Assembly (NCBI RefSeq): GCF_006345805.1
Contig: NC_043004.1
Coordinates: forward strand, 62,992,001 to 63,056,000
DNA: 64,000 nucleotides
Source of the DNA: Octopus sinensis
Lineage: Eukaryota
Reading direction: 5' to 3'
Shown: one piece after another, positions 33,933-48,278 of the stretch
Layout of the letters: the number at the start of each line of letters is the position of its first letter
Numbering within the stretch: position 1 is the first letter of the stretch
Translations under genes and position numbers: made by a program
The notes under the pieces: model-generated
Told to the model about the DNA's origin: nothing
Databases searched by the model: none
The model's input: the letters and a program-made list of their open reading frames with translations, nothing else

Positions 33933-35021
33933 TTAACTTGTGAACTATAATCTTAAGCTATTACATATAATTGACATTGGGAAATAGTCTTGTAAGACAA
34001 AATCTTATCGAATAGTAATTTTATATTTATTATATAATATTGCATTTAAGTAAATATTTTTAATAATGATAGAAACTTTAGTTAATTCTATAAATGAGTA
34101 AAATATTGGTACTTTTTTTCTTTTTAGTTCTTGTAGTTATAGTTTGTAGTAATATTATGTATATAAGTTATCAGGTAGTTTTTTAGTATATATTATATAA
34201 TTAGAATAAAATCAAACTTAGATGTTTATTAAAAAATACAGAAATAAATAATTTAATGGATATAGATTAAATTATAGCAATTTAGCTTCAATTAACGTAT
34301 ATCATGTATTTTAAATATTTTGTTTAAAATATTTTCTTTTAGTTACTTGTACATTAATTTTCCAGTAATGATGTACTATAGTTTGTTATTTTCTTCCATA
34401 AAATATATTTTCATAGACAAAATATATATTTCTATCTATTTCTTCCATTTTTATCTGCATCACGTTTTTAACGAGATAAAATTATTACAAACGCTAAGTC
34501 CTAGGTATTAAGTTTAAAAATTTAGTTAACAGAATATATTCAATAAGATAATTTGTTTTTATTTTAAGATATATTGTGGAATATTTTTGGTTTTTATTGT
34601 AAAATTACGTACTTTTATATATATTTATTTTTCTTATGAGATAATATAGTACATTTATGGTATGATTTAAGTATATCATTGTTGAATTGCTTCATGTGGT
34701 TCTTCTCTAATTTACATACATGTAACTATTATTAATATTATATATATATATATATATAACAAATTGAGATGGGTTATTCTCATTTTATATATATCCACTT
34801 ATTATACAACATTACTCTTTTATGTACAGCTGATTTATTCTGCTTTTTTATGTTTAAACCCTACTTCTCTTATGTGGTGGTTTCTACCGTATGTGATTGA
34901 GTATTATCTGGTAATTGATATTTGATTTAGATGTATTTCTCCATTTTCTTATCTGTATATATCTATATTATATATATCTCTATATTATAATATATATATA
35001 TATATATATATTATCTATATA

Positions 35022-35057
<36 letters not shown>

Positions 35058-35527
35058 TATATAAGATATATATACATACATTTTATATACATTATATATA
35101 TATATGTAGTGTGTGTGTGCGTTCTCCCTATAGAATAGACTTTGTAGTGTTCAAGAGATATAAACTTGAGCAGGTAGAGGAGTAAATGTGACGCTAATCA
35201 AAGTAGGCAAATCGATATACAAAACAATATTATATGCATTTATTAGAAAACGTGCATATGTTTACACATAAAAAGTTTCGACTTAAACAGAATAGATGTA
35301 AACACAGATAGACAGAGAGACACACAAAGTGTGTGTGTACATATGTGTGTATAAATTTAATTATGTATAGAATTATACAATACTTTGTAAAATTAACCTA
35401 AAAGGTTTTTTTTCATTTCACACTTGCTACCTGGTAAAACCACTATTGATTAGCATTAAAATATCTGAGTATATGAGCGTATATATATATACACATATAT
35501 TAAAAAAACACATGTAAGCATATACAT

Positions 35528-35778
35528 TCTTTTAGTCTTTTATCCTTTTCCTTGTTTCACTCATTTGACTGCTGCCATGCTGAGGCGCCGCGTTTAATCT
35601 AACAAATCGTCCCGTGGACTTTTTCTTTGTAAGTTTAGTTCTTATGTTATCGGAGCCTTTTGCTGTGCCGCTAACTTACAGGGGCGTAAACACACCAAAT
35701 TTATTTGTCACGTGTTTGCGGGGGTACAAACTTAGAAACACACGCCCACTAAAACAATACTTATACATACATCCATAC

Positions 35779-35836
<58 letters not shown>

Positions 35837-35994
35837 TATATGTCGGGTTTCTTTCAGTTTCCGTCCACCAAATCCACTTAAAATGTCTTGGTCGGCCCGA
35901 AGCTATAGAGGAAGATACTTTCCACGTCGCCACGTGGTAGGACTGAAACTAGAACATTCTTGTTGGGAAGCAAGCTTCTTACCACACAGCCACG
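35528..35994 (-). mobile_element. SINE family 1, full span with internal microsatellite
   Basis: Reverse-orientation homologue of 61561-61978, including both halves and the AAAGAGT-like tail. Confidence 0.8.
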
Positions 35995-36021
35995 ATTGAT
36001 TCAGATTCCGTGCTACTTCAG

Positions 36022-36062
36022 ATTTCAAATTCTAAGGCACCTGATAAGAAAGACCATCATAC
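36022..36062 (+). CDS. Tentative small M13 exon (phase 0-2)
   Basis: ctacttcag|ATT...CAT AC|gtgatt. ISNSKAPDKKDHH restores phase between the flanking exons, but the donor is weak. Confidence 0.4.
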
Positions 36063-36321
36063 GTGATTATCCAAATTAAAGTGTTTCGATTAATACACAT
36101 AACCCGCAACAACTCATGTTGAGTGCCTTTACTTCTGGCTGTCAACTCTCTCGTATACACACACACATTCGTTTATTTAAGATTTATATATATGTGATAT
36201 GAAAGTTGATATCTTATTAATTTTTACTATTTAATTTTCTACATATATGTGTGTATGTGTGTCTGTGGGTAAAAGTACCAACTAAATAGTATTTACATTA
36301 AACGTTTTTGTTTATTTTGAG

Positions 36322-36424
36322 CAAAACATTTGAATTCTGTAGTCCTGCCTTCACCGTGTCTGACTATCACCCATTTTCTTTCCATTTGTTGACCCACTCT
36401 TTGTTTCCCGACGTAGCCGATGAG
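36322..36424 (+). CDS. M13 peptidase-like exon (phase 2-0; alternative start 36343)
   Basis: tttattttgag|C...GAT GAG|gtacac. KTFEFCSPAFTVSDYHPFSFHLLTHSLFPDVADE. Confidence 0.6.
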
Positions 36425-36611
36425 GTACACATTGCATTTTATTATAACTTATATGTAGGGCGAAGTACTGAATAAAAAATATAGATGAATGAAATCTAAA
36501 TGTACGATCCATATCGCATACTTTTCCAAACTATTTAAATCTTAATAATTTTTGTGAGAATGCCGTCTGTTTTGCAATGCATAGTTTGTTTTATTATGTT
36601 AGAGGTATCTA

Positions 36612-36745
36612 TTCCGCCGAGGTCGACTTTGCCTTCCATCTTTTCTAGGTCGATAAAATGAGTACTAGTGAAACAGTAGGGTCGATATAATCGACTACTC
36701 CCTTCCCCACAAATTTCAGGCCTTGTGCCTATAGTAGAAAATATT
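36612..36745 (+). mobile_element. SINE family 3, 3' part
   Basis: TTCCGCCGAGGTCGACTTTGCC...GGCCTTGTGCCTATAGTAGAAA followed by a degenerate ATT tail. Confidence 0.75.
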
Positions 36746-37024
36746 ATGTTAGTTATTATCAAAACGGTAATTTTTACATACGGATAAGAATATTTCTGTA
36801 AAGAACTGAAATCACGGTGTTTTATGAATATACGCATAGGTGATTTTGCAATGAATGTGACAATAACTATATCCATCAATAAATGAGCCGTCTACACCTT
36901 ACGGCGACTACGAATTGGTAAGTTTTACACCGTGACCATCGATACCACGAGATGTAGATGCAGCTAAATACATAGATTTTAAATTTGTATGTTATTAATA
37001 TCTACGCACACACGCAGGCACAAA

Positions 37025-37066
<42 letters not shown>

Positions 37067-37204
37067 CACACACAAAATGCACACATAGACACGCACACAC
37101 AAGCACATACATATTGTATTTGTTATAATCTGAGTGGAAATATCATAATTACGTGTCACCTACAAATTTGTACGAAATGTTTATTCCACTGTATTTTCCT
37201 TTAG

Positions 37205-37285
37205 CTGAAAGGGAACCTTCCCAGAACGACAGGTCCTGAATACGTTGTGTATGATTCCACTGCTTTACGTAAAGTGTTTCCTAAG
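37205..37285 (+). CDS. M13 peptidase-like exon (phase 0-0)
   Basis: ttttcctttag|..|gtaagt. LKGNLPRTTGPEYVVYDSTALRKVFPK; strong splice sites, 81 nt. Confidence 0.75.
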
Positions 37286-39689
37286 GTAAGTACATAAACA
37301 TTTTTTTCTTTTTCAATATGCATCTGTGATATTTTATTGCTCAATAAAATATGCTTTATTTTGAATAGTATTTTCATTTAGGTCAACTTTATATGATTCC
37401 TTGCGAAGTATTCTTGAATAGTTCTTTTTTTTTTTGTCTATTTCATGAAAAAAATTCCTCTGCAACAACATCAGCTATAACGTATCGCTCGTGCTTTAAA
37501 ACTGAATACAGATTAGGAATTGTGTCCCTTGTCTTGGACCAAGACATGGGCCATAAGTGACATAATAAGTGACGTAATAATACATTGATATATTCAAATA
37601 ATCTCATATAACGGTGGTTGATTATCTAATTTATAACGATGGGAGTCGCCAGTTTATAACGGTTTTCTCTTGGAAGAGATAATAAATAGATTATTTCTTG
37701 AGTAGGAATCTATGTTGATAAACCCCCCACTTATAACTTAATTATAGGTATTTATCACCATACTTAACTCAATCTGCGTAAACTCTGTGGTGAATTATAC
37801 ACATCGGAACGCTGAAGGTGCATGTATGATGAAGAAGATAAAGTTCGCTCATTTCACCGCTATAATAACAGTTTCATAGTTACAGAAATAAATTGCATCA
37901 ACATGTTAAAGAAAATGAAGGAAAATAAATTAATTTCTAAATTAGTTTATTTGCGTACATTTAATATTTACAGCATATTTTATAAGCCAAAAGAAGACTG
38001 TTGTAGAGAATTACGATATTAAATTCATATTAACTAATGCTTCCATAGCTAAGAGTTTTAAACAACAATTCAAAATAGCCTTGTTGAATTAGATAAATGA
38101 CATGGCATAACAATAGCCGATAGCTCAAGAGAGTGTGTATTGTAGAATCGAGTGACAACCAACGAGCACTGATTAATTTCCTCAAAATCAGGGTTTTTAT
38201 AACTGCACATTCATGAATTCTAAGAACCGTTTTTCACGAAAGATTTCTTTGACGAAAGTTAGAATTTAAATATGAGCAGTAATTTTAACCAACGGGAAAT
38301 TAGCAATTATACCTATTCGACCAACATGACCATCACGTCATATTACCGCCGATAAATGACTTGCTACACAACACTCACATAATCTCCCTTGACTGCCCAC
38401 GGGAAATGTATCGAAGCAACAGAAAATGAATGATATACATATCTGGGCATATTGAAATTACTGAATTGAGGAACACCAAATGAGGATATTTTTTCAGAAG
38501 TATTACAAAAAACTGAAATTGTTCTTAAAGTATCAATTGAATTGGAGGAATAAGTTCATGGGTAATTGCTCTCTTGAGATATGGCGCAGGATGATACCAT
38601 TGCTAACAGAGGAAACTGAAACCTTAGAAAAGGAAGCAAGAAAATAATTAACAATACTTGCTGCGTTTCACCAGAAAGGAAGCAATGAATGAACTGAGAC
38701 ATTTTGAGAGGTGTAGTCGGATAAAAATTGGAAGACGATATTGCTTGATATATACAGAATGCAATATGCGAACAGAATGTGACAAATACAGAAGTGCAGC
38801 GAAACTGGAGAGACGGTATTGCATATTTTAAGTGAATACTACTCTCTAGATTACAAAATCACAAAAGAAGACATGACATTTCCGCAAAATAAACCCTTGG
38901 AAACTGTGTATCATGTAGGAATTGAAAGTAAGTGCTAGGATATGTGAGAGTTAAGATCCTTTAGGGCACCATAATCCAATGCGATAATAAACAACTTCAG
39001 AAACCCGATACTGTATCCATACACGAGGGAGACAATGGAGTTGCGCATAAAACATACCATATAACAATCGTTATTAATGTTGTTATTTCACTTACACATA
39101 TTTTGTTTGAGATAGCTATCGCTGTTGATGCCTCAGCGTAGCATCCTTAAATTACTAGTGTGGTTGCTGCTGCTGTTGACGTTGCGTGTTACGCTTTCTG
39201 TTGTTCTTGACTGGTGTATATTTGTTGGTGGTGATGAACTTATTAACAATATTTTTGTTGTAGTTTGGAGAAAAATATTCTCTTTGTGTCAATGCTTTTG
39301 CGATATTAAATGTGCTATTAATAGAGAGAACGTATTGATATTGGGAAAAAAATGTCTTTATTCCTATTGATCTGTAAAGACATAGATAAACACCAAATTT
39401 CAAACATTCAGTCAAAACTCAGTCGAAAATGTATCGTAAAATAAATATGGATTAATCGGGACAGAGATTAATAGATACGGAGACCCAAGAACTAAAAGAA
39501 CAGCAACAAAAGCAGCAACACTAATGTTGTGGTTACCATAGCGATTTCTATTATCTTCATCGCCACCAAATCCCCACCACCACCACTCTCACTAACACCA
39601 CCACCACCAACAACACCTACATCACAGCTACCATCACTTATTATTTTCTTGATAAAACTGTTATTCTTGTGATTCTCTGGATATCTGAA

Positions 39690-40350
39690 AAAGTGTTCTC
39701 TTTTCATTGAGAAAGGAAGCAGACTCACTTGACATTAAAATTCCATGGGTCAAGACAAATATCCTGTCCTTCATTGGCTTCTTGGATGATTCCATTTTAT
39801 CTGCATTTGTTGCAGGACAAAATGTCAAATTGTTTACCGCTTCACAAATCTCGGATGTGATATTCATAGTCCTAAAAAGACTTGGACGACCATGTGCACT
39901 TGTGGATTCATTGAACACGGGTGTTTGGCGCTACCCATACTTCTGCAGGAGAACAAAATTTCGTGTTTCTGGGGCTCTGATCCTCCCTGTCTGCTTAACA
40001 GTTGTGAGATTTGGGCAGCCTTAAGGTCACTTAGGCGCCGCTTCATATCCTTTGGTACTAGAACGCTTCGCAGGATTATAGGGGATTTTTAGTTCGGGAG
40101 GGACACTTCCGACTCTCTCGTTACATTGCTCTATTTTTCCGAGTGAGGTCCATTTTTTCACCGAAGATTCAGCCGCGTTGACAGCACGTGTTGGGTGACC
40201 ACATGTCACATAATCACTTCAGATGAGGAAGTATCACGCAGTGATCTAGACTGACTTTCTAGACGATTCGCTCGGAAAGACTCGGGAATAAATCGAAAGA
40301 TGGTAAATGCAGCAACGAGCTACAATGGCGCATACCTACACACCTGACCT
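39690..40350 (+). mobile_element. RTE-clade LINE 3' remnant
   Basis: EADSLDIKIPWVKTNI..GVWRYPYFCRRTKFRV..LILPV / LLNSCEIW..LRRIIG matches the RTE thumb motif TKxRVFxxLVLPVLLYGCETW. Confidence 0.8.
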
Positions 40351-40546
40351 ACCTGGCTATGCCAGTAAAACTGTTACTATATATTCTTATGTGAAAGCAA
40401 AAGCGTATATATTCATCACTGTATGAGATTTGTTATTCAAACTCATCATATGTTAGTCTATTTATTCTAGGTTACTTCTGCAGATGAATTAGTTTTTGTG
40501 TCCGTCATGACACGGAGTTTATTTAGCTTCCCTGATCTTCTTACAG

Positions 40547-40677
40547 TTATTTCTGGCTCGAATATTTGATGATATATTGAAGAAGAGCGATAAATCAGTG
40601 GAAACGTTTACTTTCACGATAGATGACGTAAAACTCATGATCAATTTAAGCAATCTTATTACTGGAACCGATATTGG
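40547..40677 (+). CDS. M13 peptidase-like exon (phase 0-2)
   Basis: tcttcttacag|..GG|gtgagt. LFLARIFDDILKKSDKSVETFTFTIDDVKLMINLSNLITGTDI resembles ECE LPFLNTIF...VVYDKEYLEQISTLINTTD. Confidence 0.8.
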
Positions 40678-41289
40678 GTGAGTTATTATATAATCATTGT
40701 TCCTTTTTAATCTCATTGCAAAACTGTTTAAAGTTTTAATTCCTTAGTTTATGTCATTTCCCACTTTGTCACAGAGAAAAAATATATTATATACTCGAAA
40801 GAAGTGTACTTGACAAAATATGAATATAGGAATGATATCTCACGAGAAATATCATTCATAAAATAGTTGATATTGTTCATAATTTGCTTTTAATCACTTC
40901 CAACATGTACGGTAAAGTTGTGTATACTTGTAGTCTAAGTTATCTGTTTTTAATGAATTTTACATGTTCCACATCAATTGCTTCAGTCGGTAGTGATACA
41001 AATGTTACCTTTGTAGATGTATACAATGTTCGGGAAACAATTGAGTGTATTCCCTATACACTATTGTTTTTTTCAGAAGCAAATTGCTCAGATGACTGAG
41101 CTTCGTAGAGTATAATGCACGGATGGAGTTAATTCTAAACATAAATTTAACTGATTTTCTGTGTTGCAAGAATTACAGCAAGGTTTTATAAATTTCATTC
41201 AGGGTTCTTGTATCTTAAACCATTACCTTTTATCTCCAACTTGTTTCAGTTGTGAGACTCCGGCCATGCAGGGAATCCAACTTGAAGAA

Positions 41290-41510
41290 TTTTTACTCCA
41301 TTGAATCGAAACAGTACATATTTAGATTTAGTTTTTTTCCTTTAAGCATGTTACTTACTCTAACGGTAATTTCTGCCGAGACGCTGGGTTACGGGGATGT
41401 AAGAACACCAACATTGGTTGTCAAACGGCAGTAAGGGACAAACATTGACACAAACACACACACACTCACGGACGCACACAATAACACATACGACGGGCTT
41501 CTTTCTAATG
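41290..41510 (-). mobile_element. SINE family 1, degenerate 3' half
   Basis: GGGGATGTAAGAACACCAACATTGGTTGTCAA is the reverse complement of the family segment at ~61795-61830. Confidence 0.65.
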
Positions 41511-41619
41511 TTGAGTTATGCAGATATGCACTCATTGGTTCATATTATAAATTAAAAACGCACGTGCATCCACACACGCACACACGCATGCGCAGGCATA
41601 TATGAACACACACAGACTC

Positions 41620-42900
41620 AAAAACACATTTATGTACATTCATACATCGTGCCTCAACTCTCTCTCGCCGCACCCGGCCCGCTATTGCTCGTTTCATATT
41701 TCCCCCACCTACCGATCCTACCATCCTGCCCTACCAACACATCATTCTCCGAGCCTTACGGCGACTCCAGTCCGACCCTTCCACCTCGCTTACCTTCCCC
41801 AACCTACCACTTCCTTCATTCAAACGAGCCTACAACCTACGTGACCTACAGTTTCTTCCCTAGCCCTACCTCCCAACCTGACTGGTTCCCCTGTCTCCGC
41901 TCACGCTCCTGTACTTGCCCCTACTTCTCCAACAACACCATCCACAGAAGCACCCATCATCGTCCCTATCATATCACCGACTCCTTTTCCTGCACTTCTA
42001 ACAACGCCATTTACCGCATCTCCTGTTCTTTCTGCCCTTCTCCGTACAACGGTCAAACGGGATGCCGTTTGGTTGACCGGTTTGCGGAATACCTACGAAA
42101 CATTACACACGGCAATGACATTCCGCTCTCGCGCCATTTGCACTCTGTCGGCCACGCACTACAACGCCTATCTGCTTTCAGACTGGCTTTGCACAGGTGC
42201 CATCCGGACTTCCGCCTTCACCGTGAACAAGAATTTCATCTTCTCTCTTCGCTCTTTTGGGCCACATGGTCTCAACTCCCCTCCTCTCGTCTCTTCATCT
42301 GACACCTACTACCTCTCTTCACTCCTACCCACCTTCTTTCTTCATTGATAAAAACCTTCGCCTCCGCACACACCACACCACCATACTACCACGCAACCTT
42401 ACAACACCACACTACCACAAATCCCTCCTCACAGACTAGCATCGACCACAACTCAGCATCCACACCACACACCATCCGCAAACCCAAAAGCCATCTCCCA
42501 CACACCCACACACAATATTCCCTAATGTCACCACACATACCACTATATTAGTAAACATACGTTACAGACGCACACACTTACACACACACAACCACACACG
42601 TCAAAATCACTAGCCCCTATCGACACACACGAACACACAGACACACACACACACACACACAATTACACATTCTCATATATACACACCTACGCACGCGCAC
42701 CTCGTTTTGGGATCACCAATAATTTATTACCTCCACTTCTTTGAACCTCTTCTTTCAAACTTTTTCTAATCAGTCGCTATGCTTGACCACTAAATCCATA
42801 TTCTTTTCTCATTCCCGTTCTGTATATTTTCTCTTATTCCTTTCCGTTGAGAAGCGTATGCTCGAAATGTAAAAGACATTTTTCAAACTAATGCACCTTG
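41620..42900 (+). mobile_element. Penelope-like element 3' end (Neptune-type GIY-YIG) with pLTR
   Basis: C..SCTCPYF...ITDSFSCTSNNAIYRISCSFCPSPYNGQTGCRLVDRFAEYL...HREQ (41880-42290). Decayed hammerhead at 42840-42875: CTTT-CCGTTGA-GAAGC-gtat-GCTC-GAAAT-GTA-AAAG. Confidence 0.8.
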
Positions 42901-42941
42901 TTGTTCGTACACTTGTCTTCATCTTTTTTCTATAAATTTTA

Positions 42942-43066
<125 letters not shown>

Positions 43067-43313
43067 TTATATATATATATAAAATCAAAATAAGCAATTG
43101 GATATCAAGAGGTGATGGAGTACGACCGCTTCAACCGGCTCTATTTAATTGAACAATGCAATCATAACATCAATTTAATTGCAGGGCTATTCTCAGCTGC
43201 ATAAATCAATTTTTAATCAGTTGGACACATTAATATAATTTTTACTCAAATTCTCTAATAGAGCAAGAAGAGGGGAAATGTGTATGTTGCTACTAATGTA
43301 GCTTAGAATATAC

Positions 43314-45250
43314 GGTTAATATAGGGCGTTACGATTATCAGAAAATCAAAAAATAAATGTGTGTAATAGGTGTAAAACAACTTCCTATGAACGAATATGA
43401 AAGAAAAAATTCGCGCACGCGAAAGGGGGGTGGGGGAGAGGCCTCGGAAAATTCACATCGGGAAGTTCCGAAAGCGTCTGAGGGGCTGACCCGGGCACCA
43501 AAACAAAAAAAAAAAGTGTAATATGTGTAAAACAACTTGCTCTAAACGAATATGACAAAAAAATGCGCTCTCGCGAAAGAGGGTGGAGGAGAGGCCTCGG
43601 AAAATTCATATCGGGAATTTCCGAAAGCGTCTGAACCTGGCACAAAAACAAAAACAAAAACAGCGTAATAGGTGTAAAACAACTTGCTCTAAACGACTAT
43701 CATGAAAAAAATGCGCGCTCGCGAAAGGGGGGTGGGGGAGAGGCTTCGGAAATTTCACATCTTCAGTCCACGGCCTTTAAACTAAGAAAAAATAGTGTAA
43801 TTGGTGTAAAACTACTTGTTCTAAACGAGTATCAAGAACACACACTCACACATGAATCATAGACTCCGTATTTTTGTACATATTTCGCAAAAAAAAAAAA
43901 AATAAAGAGAAGAAATTCTGGAAAAAGTGAAGAAATGTTGGATCTCATTCCTTGGTTAAAGCTATTTTAAACATTAAATTTATGCTTTTCTTTGAAATAG
44001 TTCAGATATATGCAATTCTTCTCACTTATTAAGATGCATTTATCAGAAAAAAAGAGACAGAAAAAATTATTATTTTGTGTCAATCCTTCCCTAATTATCC
44101 TTTATTAATTAGTTTTGGCGTGTATTTTTTTCCCAAATTTATTTTTTCACCTTTACAACACTGTTTAGTAAAGCAATTAATTATCTTTATAATTTGCATA
44201 TTTGACTTATTAATCAAAATTCTCTAGATGTAATATATACTAAGTAATGCATCCTTCATTTATGTGTTCCGTTCTGTATTATGCATGCGTGACTGTTTGT
44301 ATGTAAGTGTGTTTAACTGTGCACATGAATGTGAATATTAAAGAACATATTTATTTACTATGATTGTTATTTTCAGAACAAATAAATCTTTTGGCTGTTA
44401 TGTTATTGATGTTATTATTATTGCTAGTTAAAGGGTGGTGACTTGGCTGAATATTTTGAGTCTTGTAGTATGTAGTTGTGTTAGTCAATATTCTGAGTTC
44501 AAATCCAACTCATTTCTTTATCATCATTATCGATGGACCACTCAAAGAGGTATGTATACATTATCATTTTCGTAACATAATTTCTGTAGTATTTCAAGAT
44601 GTTTCTGACACGTATTTTGATTCACATGGCGGAGATCCAACATTTCTTCACTTTTTCCAGAATTTCTTCTCTTTATTTTTTTTTTTTTGCGAAATATGAT
44701 TTTATGATTCATGTGTGACTGTGTTCTTGATACTCGTTTAGAACAAGTAGTTTTACACCAATTACACTATTTTTTCTTAGTTTAAAGGCCGTGGACGGAA
44801 GATGTGAAATTTCCGAAGTCTCTCCCCCACCCCCCTTTCGCGAGCGCGCATTTTTTTCATGATAGTCGTTTAGAGCAAGTTGTTTTACACCTATTACGCT
44901 GTTTTTGTTTTTGTTTTTGTGCCCGGTTCAGACGCTTTCGGAAATTCCCGATATAAATTTTCCGAGGCCTCTCCCCCGCCCCTCTTTCGCGAGAGCGCAT
45001 TTTTTTGTCATATTCGTTTAGAGCAAGTTGTTTTACACATATTACATTATTTTTTTTTTGTTTTGGTGCCCGGGTCAGCCCCTCAGACGCTTTCGGAACT
45101 TCCCGATGTGAATTTTCCGAGGCCTCTCCCCCACCCCCCTTTCGCGTGCGCGAATTTTTTTTTTCATATTCGTTCATAGGAAGTTGTTTTACACCTATTA
45201 CACACATTTTTTTTTTGATTTTCTGATAATCGTAACGCCCTATATTAACC
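43314..45250. mobile_element. Non-autonomous Merlin-like DNA transposon with ~620-bp TIRs
   Basis: 8-bp TSD GAATATAC at 43306-43313 and 45251-45258; termini GGTTAATATAGGGCG / CGCCCTATATTAACC; TIRs at 43314-43946 and 44632-45250, each with about 3.5 subrepeats of 132-155 bp; no transposase ORF in the spacer. Confidence 0.8.
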
Positions 45251-46499
45251 GAATATACTACACTTTTAAGAACTATATGAAGTTTGTTAGGGTCATAGCA
45301 TGTAAAGGGTTGCAGTTCATTTTTAATTGGCTAGTCTTTTTTTAATCAACAACCAAATCTAAGACTAAAGGACAGTGTCTGTTTAGAACGGATAGACGGA
45401 GTGAGATGACAGTTTATATTTAGGTATGGTCATAAATATTGTCAGGATTTTAAGAAATGCATAAATAGTTCTCTATAAAGGAGGCTGGTTATAGGAAGAC
45501 CCTAAATCAAGATGTTAATTGCCAGTTAACAGTGCAAGACGCTAATAAAACCTATGATGTTAATACAAAGAAAATTTTCATGGGGTACAATGAAGGATTG
45601 TATATAAACAATATTGTTATGTTGTATGAAGATAAAATTTAAGATTACTAAAAATGATATTAGAAGCAGAATAGATAAACTGTGTATATATACCAATTTT
45701 CAACATTAGAAAGGGAAGATTACATAGAATTAGTTTGATAGTCATTCTTGTACTTTATTATTTACTTATAAGGTGGTTTCTATAGAGATTGCGCTGTGTA
45801 TTTACTTATGTAATACTGGGGTGATAAATCATGCTATCTGTATAGTAATTATCAGAAAAACGTCGGGAAAATAAGTCGTGCACAGGTACATACACGTATT
45901 TAACTATGTGAACACATGCAAATATACACAAGTATTTGTAATTTATTATGGGTATGTTATAATCAACTCTTCTAGACTTAAGTAACTAGAAACTTTATAT
46001 TTCTCTTTAAGAATATTAATAATTTGAAAGAGATAAGAGGTTAATAGGTAAAGGTATCAAAATAAGAAAACAGAATAATAAGAAATTATAGAGAATAGTA
46101 AGAAATTTTTTTCCCGTAAGACAATTATAAAATCATACTCTACTCTCCCCAATATGGGTACCATCATAGCAAAGTTAAATAGGAAGAATTTTAAATTAGC
46201 AATAAGTACTAATAATTATAATAATATTAATATCAACACTAACTTAAACTCTTACAATGTGAATAATAATATTAATGGTGACGTAGAATAGAACCAGTGG
46301 AACACTGAGGTCCATACTAGCACAGGGACTTCTAGTACGTCTGATGATATTGGGGTGATTATGAATGATACTGCAATTCAAGGATGGAGAGATAGTACCA
46401 GATATGAAAATAATACATACAATAGTAGTAGTAGGATTAATATTAATAGTAATATTAATAATAATGATAACGGTATGAATATCAGTAATATTAATAGTA

Positions 46500-46910
46500 G
46501 TAATAGATGTAATTGTAGGGTTAAATCCCACTATCCGTTATTAGGCCAATGTCTAACCAAAAACGTAATCTATAAGTGTACAATCACAACTGTAAATTTG
46601 TAACTTTGTATATGTATATTTGTAACTTTGCTGGTAACGTTGTATATGAAGGATGTTCAATAAATATGAAAAAACATGTTAATAACTATTTTTCATCTTT
46701 TAGGTTCAAACATAAGGCCAATTGTACGTCCTCATCTAGCAAGATTTGGGAAATGAAGGAAAGCGGAATCGAATTTAGCCTTAAATGGAATTATTACAAG
46801 GCAAGCGCAGCCTTACAGAGATAATCAATACGGGTGCGAGCTGTGTTCTATGGGAACTTATGACATTTTTAAGCATAGCAGCAAGAGCAGCCTGGTTAAT
46901 AATAGATTAG
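46500..46910 (+). mobile_element. Second GIY-YIG fragment of the same Penelope-like type as 18014-18409
   Basis: CNCRVKSHYPLLGQCLTKNVIYKCTI / SSFRFKHKANCT..KIWEMK..LKW / GCELCSMGTYDIFKH, with frameshifts. Confidence 0.75.
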
Positions 46911-47570
46911 ACCTAAGGGTATCATGGGTATCACAGGGTCATCCCTGTATTTAAATATTTTCTAAATTAGAGTTTATAGGTGTTGCACTTGAACCTGGAT
47001 AAGGGAAATTAATTTCAGTGTAGTATATGATGTGACCTTACCCCCTACTATTATATATTGTAAGTCATATATATTTTCTAATTATTCTCTATACTTTATT
47101 ATTGTTATTATTATTATTATTTTTTTTTTATGATTTCTTAATTTTATATTTTTACCAATTAACTTCTTATCTCCTATAAGTTATTAATACGTCATCCAGG
47201 CATATTGTTTAGAAATCATGGGGATATATATGCTGTCGATGAACAACATACGAGAACAGCTCTGACAGATTCTTTTCCATTGTGCATCAATGAGTAATTT
47301 GCAAAGACATGTGTTTATGCTAAAGTATCCACCTATTACACTTGGAACACTAGTAAGAAAGAATGACAAAGAAGCAAGGAATAGTCGAAGGCCATTTGAA
47401 CGGTCATTTAAATCGGTCATGTTTATGTAGTCATCTGAAAGGCAGGAGCAGTGTATTATTTAAGAATTTTGTTACATGAAGTTTGAAATATTATTCTTCC
47501 CTTTCCTGATACGTATCGTCATTTTCAACTCGGAGTGCTTGTGACCCAACGGGTCACGGCATGTAAACTA

Positions 47571-47649
<79 letters not shown>

Positions 47650-47655
47650 ATATAC

Positions 47656-47690
<35 letters not shown>

Positions 47691-48184
47691 TATTTATATA
47701 ATAAAAAATAAATAAAAATAATAAATAAATAAATAAATAAATAAATATAAATAATAAATAATAATACATAAATATAAAAATATACATACATATATATATA
47801 TATGTATATATATATTTAAAATTTATAAGTTTACACTATTTAAATATTTTTTAATTTTTAACTTTTATATTTTTAAATTAATTTTTAACTTTTATATTTT
47901 AAAATTAATTTTATGTATTGGCTTATGATTTTCACTGTTTGATTTGCCCAATAGTGGTTTTATCTCTAATTTAATATATATATATATATATATATACGTG
48001 CATACACACATGCATGCATACATGCATACATACATACATACATACATACATACATACATACATACATACATACATACATACATGATAAGGAAGTCTAACA
48101 ACATATGTCTCATATGAAAGTTTGATTCGCTTCTGTTTCAGTCAGTCTCACTGGTATATTTGATCCATATTATTTATATTTAAG

Positions 48185-48278
48185 GGATTTCCTTATCATT
48201 GTCTTACTGGAGGTATTTCAAGAATTTTATGAAAAATTTCCGATTTTACGAAAAGAATATAAAGCAGAAGACACTAAT
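48185..48278 (+). CDS. M13 peptidase-like exon (phase 2-0)
   Basis: tttatatttaag|G...AAT|gtgagt. DFLIIVLLEVFQEFYEKFPILRKEYKAEDTN, in phase with the 40547-40677 exon. Confidence 0.75.

Noticed and set aside
34830-34888. Phase 0-2 candidate exon LIYSAFLCLNPTSLMWWFL
   Set aside because: It fits the phase but is hydrophobic and unlike M13 at this position. The 36022-36062 candidate fits better, though it is also tentative.
38300-39000. Purine-rich segment resembling a very old LINE endonuclease or linker region
   Set aside because: Too decayed to assign; no continuous motif.
43364-43830. Regularly spaced repeats suggestive of a CRISPR array
   Set aside because: The sequence is eukaryotic, and the units are homologous along their whole length and mirrored in the opposite TIR.
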